In this document: positions 57,514 to 64,000 of the stretch, in pieces
Layout: every line of letters starts with the position of its first letter
Position numbering within the stretch: position 1 is the stretch's first letter
Assembly: GCA_018238545.1 (NCBI GenBank)
Contig: JABCTC010000002.1
Location: forward strand, 78,423 to 142,422
Length of the DNA stretch: 64,000 nucleotides
Direction of reading: 5' to 3'
Source of the DNA: Candidatus Heimdallarchaeota archaeon
Lineage (GTDB): Archaea; Asgardarchaeota; Heimdallarchaeia; Heimdallarchaeales; Heimdallarchaeaceae
Notes under the pieces: generated by a model
What the model saw: the letters and a program-made list of their open reading frames with translations, nothing else
Database searches by the model: none
Told to the model about the DNA's origin: nothing
Made by a program: the position numbers and the translations under genes

Positions 57514-58368
57514 ATGGCTAATTCGTTACGTATTCTGCTTTGTGAGGATGATGATGATATAGCTTTTCTTATCAAAATTAATATCTTGAAAGAATTTCCT
57601 GGAGCAGACGTAGCAATTACCAAGACAAAAGAAGATACTTTACAATATTTATTAGATGTAAAATACGATGTTGATGTGATATTACTCGATTATTTACTGG
57701 TAAATACTACAGGTTTAGAGATATTAGAAGAGATCAGAAAGATAACTCAAATACCTGTAATCATAATAACAGGGCAAGGCTCAGAAGAAGTTGCTGTAAA
57801 TGCAATGAAAATGGGAGCTTCAGATTATATAGTTAAACGTGGGAGATTTTTCAATGAAATTCCACATGTTATTGAAAAAGTAACTAAAGTAGAATCTAAA
57901 TATGATTTAGACAAAATCTTTGTTGCATTTTATAGATTTGGTGAAAGAGGAACTGAACCAATTTACATAAACAAACTCCCTGTTGAATACGAAGATAATC
58001 GAGAAACAGTGGTTTTATCTCTTGGAGTATTGTTGTATACTCTTTTTGGAATGTGCGAACTTGATATGCTTGAAACAAGCATGACGCTTTCTGGACCTGT
58101 TAGAATACCAAAAATGAAACAATACAATTCTACAAGTTTCCTTTATGTTGTAAGTGACAAAAATCAAAAAGATCCAAGATTGAAAGGTAAAGATTTCTGT
58201 ATAGTAGCCATAGGCTATCCAAATGAGTATTCTGATTTGGTTTATGAAATTGACAAAATAAAAAATATACTCAATAATTTCTTTGAAAAAATAGTAGATA
58301 TATCAGAGATAGCAGACAAAGCTGCTAATGTAGAAGAACAAATCTACAATGTAGTAAGACGATTTTAA
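57514..58368 (+). CDS. Receiver (REC) domain fused to DENN/longin-like domain
   Basis: REC: CEDD, LLDY, ITG, GASDYIVK; C-terminal FYRFGERGTEP..GPVRIP..KDPRL..CIVAI. Confidence 0.75.
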   Translation: MANSLRILLCEDDDDIAFLIKINILKEFPGADVAITKTKEDTLQYLLDVKYDVDVILLDYLLVNTTGLEILEEIRKITQIPVIIITGQGSEEVAVNAMKMGASDYIVKRGRFFNEIPHVIEKVTKVESKYDLDKIFVAFYRFGERGTEPIYINKLPVEYEDNRETVVLSLGVLLYTLFGMCELDMLETSMTLSGPVRIPKMKQYNSTSFLYVVSDKNQKDPRLKGKDFCIVAIGYPNEYSDLVYEIDKIKNILNNFFEKIVDISEIADKAANVEEQIYNVVRRF

Positions 58369-59531
58369 CTCTCTGCTTTTTGAAAAGTTTCCTCGTATTT
58401 ATCAAGAAGTTTTACTACTTCTGATTCCCAATTAAATTGGATCTTGTATGCTTCTTTTGCCCTTTTCTTCATTTTATCTAACTTTATTTTATTGTCGTAT
58501 AGAGATAGTATTGCATTTGCAATTTCTTTTGGGGAAGTAGCATCAATTAGGATACCAATATCCTCAAAACCAACTATAGCTTTTTGCAATCCCTCAAAAT
58601 TAGAACCAATGAAGGGAACACCTGCGGAACAATATTCATACAATCTGTTTGGCATTCGAAGGAAATTATTTTTTCCAGGTTGGAAAAGAATTAGACCAAT
58701 ATCACCTGATCTCATGATTGACAAAGCTTCCTTGTAATCCATCCAGCCTGTTAAGATAAAATAGTCTCCAAGATTTCTTTCATGGATGTCTATCTTCATA
58801 GGTTCATAAGCTGCACCTGACCCCATAACCAAGAATTCAATATCGCTACTGGGCATTTTCCCTCGAACTATTTCCACTGCTTCTACAGTTTTATCATAAC
58901 CCAGATTACTGTACATTACACCAAAGTGTACTATGCGGAATTTCTTTGTTTTCTTTAAATCTTTGGGAATTTCTATCTTGTGTGCTTTCTCTATGTCAGT
59001 TTTAGAAGGATAATTTGCAATCCAAGCACTTTGCACTCCATACTTTCTTTGTAAATTATCTGAATATGTTTCTCCAGCGGTTACAATTCCATGAACCTTT
59101 TTAATATAGAACCTTTCTAACCAAGTGTAAGCCCATAAAGCTAGAAAACCAAAAGTTTCAGACATTTGTTCTGGAAAATTTTCGTGACTGTCATATATCA
59201 TTATTTTGCTATTTCTTGATAATTTCCCAGCAAGAGGAAGAACATTAAGGTCATGAAAATGAATAATGTCGAACTGCTGCTTACCAATCATTTTTCTGAC
59301 ATTTTTCCAAAATTCAAAATATTTGAAAAAGATCTTTTTGGTACTTGGAACTCGTAATATTGTATAACCATCACGCTTTTCACTTTTTGGTAATTTACCA
59401 GTTTTATCTACACCTATTACAGTTACTTGATGTCCTTGTTCGCTGAGAAATCTTGCTTCTTTTTCAACTCTCACATCTGGAGAAACTGTACTTAAAACCA
59501 CCATTAAAATATTCCAAGGTCTTTTAGCCAT
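58365..59531 (-). CDS. GT4 glycosyltransferase
   Basis: DVRVEKEA, HFHD, YDSHE, PNRLYEY..AGVP, FNWE. Confidence 0.92.
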   Translation of the reverse strand: MAKRPWNILMVVLSTVSPDVRVEKEARFLSEQGHQVTVIGVDKTGKLPKSEKRDGYTILRVPSTKKIFFKYFEFWKNVRKMIGKQQFDIIHFHDLNVLPLAGKLSRNSKIMIYDSHENFPEQMSETFGFLALWAYTWLERFYIKKVHGIVTAGETYSDNLQRKYGVQSAWIANYPSKTDIEKAHKIEIPKDLKKTKKFRIVHFGVMYSNLGYDKTVEAVEIVRGKMPSSDIEFLVMGSGAAYEPMKIDIHERNLGDYFILTGWMDYKEALSIMRSGDIGLILFQPGKNNFLRMPNRLYEYCSAGVPFIGSNFEGLQKAIVGFEDIGILIDATSPKEIANAILSLYDNKIKLDKMKKRAKEAYKIQFNWESEVVKLLDKYEETFQKAES

Positions 59532-59647
59532 GAAATTCGTTCAAATTGTATATTTATCAAATTTGTGTATTGTCAGTCAGAAGTTGATCCAAATTTCCTA
59601 AGTCCGCGCACGACTCATGTTATATATTGTTCTGCTAGAAAGAAATT

Positions 59648-60943
59648 ATGAGTAAAGATTTAGTCTTCCCAAAAGGTTTTCTTTGGGGATCAGCTATTTC
59701 CGCCTATCAAACTGAGGGTGGAAACTATTCTAACGACTGGTTCGAACATGAACAGAAAGAATGTCAAATTAGAAATAATGACAGATGTGGAGAAGCATGT
59801 AATCATTATAATCTATTTGAATCAGATCACAAGCTCATAAGCAAATATGGGCAGAATGCTCTTAGAACTGGAATTGAATGGAGTAGAATAATGCCTTCTG
59901 AAAATGAAGTCAATGAGAATGAAATTGAGCATTATCATAAAGTCTTTGAGTCTCTAGAACGTAATAAACTTACAAGTTTTATAAATATTCATCATTTCAC
60001 AGTTCCTTTATGGTTTTCATCTAAGGGTGGCTTCCTGAAGAATAAGAACTTGAAGTTTTTTGAAAAATACTGTGAAATATTAGGCAAAAATTTTCCTGAA
60101 GTAAAATATTGGAACACTATAAACGAACCTAATATTTTTGCATCTATGTATTATTTGTATGCTGAAGGACCTCCTTCCAAGCAATCCTTGATAGCATTTC
60201 TCAAAGGAACCCGAAATATTCTCCACGCTCATGCTATTGCTTACCATAAAATCAAAGAATACAATCCAAAAACCCTAGTTGGAATAGTAAAAAACCTTCC
60301 ATATTTTATACAAAAAGAAGAAGGAAAAATATGGTCAAAAGTCGTCGCAAAAATAGCTGATAAATTCTTTAATCAAGTAACTCTCGATATGCTCATAACT
60401 GGCAAAGATCCATTTATCCCTTTTGTGAAGAAGAAATGGCTTAAGGATACGTCTGATTTCATTGGTTTCAATTATTATAATGTTGCAAATTTCATTCATA
60501 AACGTGGAAATTTCATTGATTTAGAGATGAAACTACCAAACGATAAACGAGTGACACAAATGGATTGGGGAGTATATCCATTAGGGCTTTACAAAGGTTT
60601 GATGAGAGTTCACAAGGAATTGAAAATTCCTATATACATAACAGAGAACGGTCTAGCAACTTTAGATGATGATTTTAGACAAGAATACATTTTAAAGCAT
60701 CTCATTGAAGTGAAAAGAGCAATCGATGAAGGAGCAGATATTAGAGGATTCTTCTATTGGGGCGCGATCGATAATTTTGAGTGGAATGAGGGATTTGAAC
60801 CTCGATTTGGATTAATTGGAATTGATTACAAAACTCAAGAAAGAATTGTTAGAAACGCCACTAGAATGTATGGAAAGATTGCAGAGTCTAATAAAATTTC
60901 AGCAGAATTATTAGAGAAATTTGATTTGTTAGAATCTATGTGA
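59648..60943 (+). CDS. GH1 beta-glycosidase
   Basis: FPKGFLWG..AYQTEG, TINEPN, ITENG, DNFEW. Confidence 0.95.
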   Translation: MSKDLVFPKGFLWGSAISAYQTEGGNYSNDWFEHEQKECQIRNNDRCGEACNHYNLFESDHKLISKYGQNALRTGIEWSRIMPSENEVNENEIEHYHKVFESLERNKLTSFINIHHFTVPLWFSSKGGFLKNKNLKFFEKYCEILGKNFPEVKYWNTINEPNIFASMYYLYAEGPPSKQSLIAFLKGTRNILHAHAIAYHKIKEYNPKTLVGIVKNLPYFIQKEEGKIWSKVVAKIADKFFNQVTLDMLITGKDPFIPFVKKKWLKDTSDFIGFNYYNVANFIHKRGNFIDLEMKLPNDKRVTQMDWGVYPLGLYKGLMRVHKELKIPIYITENGLATLDDDFRQEYILKHLIEVKRAIDEGADIRGFFYWGAIDNFEWNEGFEPRFGLIGIDYKTQERIVRNATRMYGKIAESNKISAELLEKFDLLESM

Positions 60944-61046
60944 TGATTGAAGAAGTATATTTTCTAGTACTAAAGGAAATTTTGAAATAAACAAAGATTA
61001 AATAAATCACAAGCGTCAGTATTATTTGGAGTTAGGTGTCAACTAG

Positions 61047-61301
61047 TTGTATCAGAAGTATGTTCAATCTTTCCTTGATAGCTGTAAAAAAGATAATTCC
61101 TTTGTTGTTATGTTAAAATGGGACACAATGGAAGAAGCTCATGAGAAGATAAAACAAAAATGCGTACTAATTCAATCGGTTGGCAATCTAATAGAGAAAT
61201 ATCAATTTGGCAAAACACTCCTGTCATACTATAAAACAGGGAAAATTATGCTTACCGAAGTAGACCATATTGAAACTTTGCTCAATAAATTATTCAGTTA
61301 G
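61047..61301 (+). CDS. Small hypothetical protein immediately upstream of the iscS-like gene
   Basis: 84 aa, TTG start after GGAGTTAGGTG, one N-proximal Cys, SYYKTGKIML; 9-bp gap to next gene. Confidence 0.6.
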   Translation: MYQKYVQSFLDSCKKDNSFVVMLKWDTMEEAHEKIKQKCVLIQSVGNLIEKYQFGKTLLSYYKTGKIMLTEVDHIETLLNKLFS

Positions 61302-61310
61302 GTAAAAATT

Positions 61311-62522
61311 ATGTCAGAAATAGATAAATTGCTTGACCAGCATGGAAAAGCAATAACTGAAGTATACCTTGATTGGGAAAATGGATCAAAAATAGAAAAA
61401 GAAGTATTAGATGCAATGATACCTTTTTATCTAGATAGGAAATTTGGCAATCCTGCAATAACTCACCGATTTGGCTGGGAAACCTATGACTTCTACATAG
61501 GAGCAAAAAAAACAATTGCTGAACCTCTCAATATTAATCCTCAATCACTTGCAATTACTCAAAGTTTTACTGAATCAAACAATCTTGCAATAAAGGGAAT
61601 TGTTCGAGCAAATAAGAAAAAGAAGAAAATTATTCTATCAGAAGTAGAACATCTTAGCGTTATTCATTCAGCAAAATCTCTTTACGCGGAAGGTGTAAAA
61701 GTAGAAATTATACCTGTCTCAAATGATGGTGTCGTAAATACAGACATTCTTCAAGAGAAATTAGATGATGACACTTTACTAACTAGCATACAAGCTGTTA
61801 ACCATGAAATAGGTACCATTCAACCTGTAAAAGAAGCTTACGAAATTGTTAAAGATAAAAATGAAGATATAATATTTCATACAGATGCAACTTCAGCTTT
61901 TGGTAGAATCCCATTAGATTATAGTAAATTAGAGGTAGATTTAGCAACTATCAGTAGTGATAGAATTCTCGGACCAAAAGGAATTGCTGGTTTATATGTA
62001 AAAGAAGGAATTAAGATAAGACCACTCTATGAAGGTCAATTGAGCGTTGAAATTCTATCTCCTGATGTGGAAAATTCACCATTGTTAGCAGGTTTTGCAA
62101 AAGCAGTAGAATTGCAATTTGCTCGATTTGATGAGATAAAAAGAGAGACTTCTAGACTTAGAGATAAATTATTATATGGATTTCAAACAACAATTCCTCG
62201 GACAGATATCAATGGTCCCCAAGGAAATAACAGAGCACCGGATAATGTGAATATAAGCTTTCTTGGGTGTGAAGGAGAAGCATTAACAGTAGAGAGCAGC
62301 ATGAAAGGAATTTATGCTTCAAGTGGAAGTGCTTGTACTAGTAGAGTATTAATGCCCAGCCATATTCTCACCGCAATTGGAAGGAAACCAGAAGAAGCTC
62401 ATGGAAGCTTATTGATGAAACTAACACGAATAAATACAGAAAAAGAAATTGATTATGTCCTAGAGACAATGCCAAAGGTTATCGAAAGAATAAGATCGAT
62501 TACAGGTGGAATATCATTATAA
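61311..62522 (+). CDS. iscS: IscS/NifS-like protein with PLP Lys replaced by Arg
   Basis: GNPA, TESNN, VEH.SV, VNHEIGTIQP, HTDA, SSDRILGPKG, SSGSACTS. Confidence 0.88.
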   Translation: MSEIDKLLDQHGKAITEVYLDWENGSKIEKEVLDAMIPFYLDRKFGNPAITHRFGWETYDFYIGAKKTIAEPLNINPQSLAITQSFTESNNLAIKGIVRANKKKKKIILSEVEHLSVIHSAKSLYAEGVKVEIIPVSNDGVVNTDILQEKLDDDTLLTSIQAVNHEIGTIQPVKEAYEIVKDKNEDIIFHTDATSAFGRIPLDYSKLEVDLATISSDRILGPKGIAGLYVKEGIKIRPLYEGQLSVEILSPDVENSPLLAGFAKAVELQFARFDEIKRETSRLRDKLLYGFQTTIPRTDINGPQGNNRAPDNVNISFLGCEGEALTVESSMKGIYASSGSACTSRVLMPSHILTAIGRKPEEAHGSLLMKLTRINTEKEIDYVLETMPKVIERIRSITGGISL

Positions 62523-62534
62523 GGAAGAAAAAAA

Positions 62535-63032
62535 ATGTCAAGTAGAATACCTTTACCATACGCTCCTCGAGTATTAGAATTATTCCAAAACCCTCAAAAT
62601 CTAGGTAGAATGGAAGACGCTACAATAGTTGCATCAGCTGGAAGCCCAGCGTGTGGAGATATGATCGCGTTTTATCTTAAAATTGATGATAGCGATACAA
62701 TTACTAAGTCAAGTTTTGAATCATATGGTTGTGCATCCAATATAGCAGCTGCCAGTCAACTGACAATTATGATAGAGAACAAAACATTAGAAGAAGCTTG
62801 GAATTTTACTTGGAATGATGTTTCAGAAGCTTTGGGAGGTTTACCAAAAGTTAAAACTCATTGTGGTAGTCTTGCAGTAGGAGCCTTAAGAAGAGCTGTT
62901 CGTGCATATTTTAAAGAAATCACAAAAGCCTCACCTGGATGGCTACCGGGGGATCTAACAAAAGATGAAAAACACGCTTTAGAGGAAGAAGCATTAGCAG
63001 AAAAATTAGGGAAGAAGTATAAACTTCTTTAA
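62535..63032 (+). CDS. iscU: IscU/NifU-N Fe-S scaffold
   Basis: F.NP.NLG, PACGD, YGCAS..AAAS, LP.VKTHC; three conserved Cys. Confidence 0.93.
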   Translation: MSSRIPLPYAPRVLELFQNPQNLGRMEDATIVASAGSPACGDMIAFYLKIDDSDTITKSSFESYGCASNIAAASQLTIMIENKTLEEAWNFTWNDVSEALGGLPKVKTHCGSLAVGALRRAVRAYFKEITKASPGWLPGDLTKDEKHALEEEALAEKLGKKYKLL

Positions 63033-63080
63033 TCTTCAATTTCAGAAAATATTTTTATATCTGATTGTTAGTGTAAGTTT

Positions 63081-63299
63081 ATGGCAGGTTATAGAGTAAT
63101 ATCAATTATTCAATCGTTGTTCATTTTAATTTGTGGAATTTCAGTTTTTGATGCTTTTAACGACATTATAGGTATGAATAATGCGTTTTTTAGCTCAGGT
63201 TCTGATTGGTGGAATGTTTTTGCTTTCTGGGCTTACTGCTTTGTAGTTGTAGGTTTATTACAATTAGTCAAGGGCATAATTGTCGAAGAAAAGGGATAA
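63081..63299 (+). CDS. Small 2-TM membrane protein, paralogue of 63487-63693
   Basis: Two hydrophobic helices; own TATA-like TTTTATAT and downstream T-tract. Confidence 0.7.
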   Translation: MAGYRVISIIQSLFILICGISVFDAFNDIIGMNNAFFSSGSDWWNVFAFWAYCFVVVGLLQLVKGIIVEEKG

Positions 63300-63339
63300 T
63301 TAAACAAATTGAAATGAAATAAGTATAATCAACAAACGA

Positions 63340-63362
63340 TTTACTACTTTTTTTTATTTTTA
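63340..63362 (+). terminator. Oligo-T terminator
   Basis: Long T-rich run after 63299. Confidence 0.55.
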
Positions 63363-63486
63363 TTGTTTAGGTCTGGTAAGTATATTTAGGATGATTATTA
63401 GGGGTTATAAAGCCCTGAATTATTTGCAAAGATTTTTAAAATCAAATGCTATAAAGAGTATAGCAAAAAAATAATAGGTGTAATAT

Positions 63487-63693
63487 ATGAGTAAAGTATG
63501 GTCGATCTTACAAGCTGTTTTTGGACTTTTGCTAGTATGGGTTTTACTTGATTCCGTTGTAGGAATACTATGGGTAGCTGGTTTCTTAACTGGACTAGTT
63601 GCTGGTGGTTGGTTAGATCCATTAGCCGTTGTCGCATATCTAGCTCTTTTGATATTCATATTTGAATTTGTCAAAGGCTTGACAGCAGAGTAG
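63487..63693 (+). CDS. Small 2-TM membrane protein
   Basis: AGGTG SD-like; shares SI(I/L)Q, D, W..AY and VKG..E with 63081 ORF. Confidence 0.75.
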   Translation: MSKVWSILQAVFGLLLVWVLLDSVVGILWVAGFLTGLVAGGWLDPLAVVAYLALLIFIFEFVKGLTAE

Positions 63694-63705
63694 AAATAAA
63701 AAACA

Positions 63706-63723
63706 TTTTTTTACTTTTTTTTT
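63706..63723 (+). terminator. Oligo-T terminator
   Basis: TTTTTTTACTTTTTTTTT after the stop codon. Confidence 0.6.
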
Positions 63724-63765
63724 ATTACTTATAAGATAGCTTCATTGTCTTTTATGAATATGTTT

Positions 63766-63811
63766 TTGTCTTTTTGACTTATTAGCTTGTAAAACTAGTA
63801 ACATTTTAGAG
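63766..63811 (+). repeat. Diverged copy of the repeat region flanking tnpB copy 1
   Basis: Gap-free 34/46 match to the reverse complement of 18785-18830; 63765-63785 matches 18109-18129 at 19/21. Confidence 0.75.
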
Positions 63812-64000
63812 ATAGTACGGGTGTTTTTATAGTGAACTCTAGGTCAACGAAGGATGGCAAAGGTACTGCGTGCAGAACGCATAGAAGTGGAGTATCATCC
63901 AGCACTTAGCAGTATTTGTCATCAAGCAAAAAATCTCTATAATCGAGCAAATTTTCTGATAAAAACTTCTTTGAAGCAAACAAGCAAACTTCTCTTTTAC
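63812..64000 (+). mobile_element. Left part of a second tnpB element, truncated by window end
   Basis: 63/64 identity with 18721-18784; TATA-like TTTTATA at 63825-63831; no room for tnpA upstream of tnpB. Confidence 0.85.
63854..64000 (+). CDS. tnpB: TnpB N-terminus (partial)
   Basis: MAKVLRAERIEVEYHPALSSICHQAKNLYNRANFLIK.. (AKNLYN.AN motif); open to the window edge. Confidence 0.85.
   Translation, partial: MAKVLRAERIEVEYHPALSSICHQAKNLYNRANFLIKTSLKQTSKLLFY

Noticed and set aside
1360-63674. Many short ORFs antisense to or nested in well-supported genes (e.g. 1360, 5591, 6020, 16115, 36891, 42395, 52090, 53251, 63420)
   Set aside because: Shadow ORFs with no motifs, overlapping confident CDS.
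1-64000. CRISPR array, rRNA, provirus or integrase
   Set aside because: No regularly spaced repeats, rRNA-like tract, viral or integrase genes seen; no duplicate of the tRNA 3' end noticed.

Overview
An AT-rich, gene-dense archaeal chromosomal segment. It is most likely Asgard archaeal (Heimdallarchaeia-like), an inference from archaeal housekeeping genes (LonB, GGR, PolB, Trm11, RNase Z, class I CCA-enzyme homologue) occurring alongside eukaryotic-signature-type proteins (ARPC4-like, longin-like, RING, DENN-like). About 55 CDS, one tRNA-Gly(CCC) with encoded CCA, no rRNA and no CRISPR array were found. All family calls come from recognising motifs by eye; no searches were run. Top leads: (1) a full-length class I CCA-adding enzyme homologue that has lost most catalytic and nucleotide-recognition residues, reminiscent of the inactive CCA fold of eukaryotic Utp22/NOL6; (2) an ARPC4 homologue with a Cys4 cluster; (3) two copies of a tnpB-only cassette. 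Copy 1 is internally deleted, keeps a structured 3' end and sits inside a 31-bp imperfect inverted repeat; the copy 2 flank aligns without gaps to that repeat region at about 74% identity, suggesting a cassette that targets, or is carried by, a dispersed palindromic repeat; (4) all three cysteine-desulfurase homologues lack the PLP lysine but keep the active-site Cys; (5) a PolB with intact polymerase but degenerate proofreading motifs, divergent from a WGR-like gene; (6) unusual fusions (RHH-RHH-C2H2-acidic tail, REC-DENN-like, DMT-AsnC next to a free AsnC domain), a disrupted membrane RING gene and several candidate structured intergenic RNAs.
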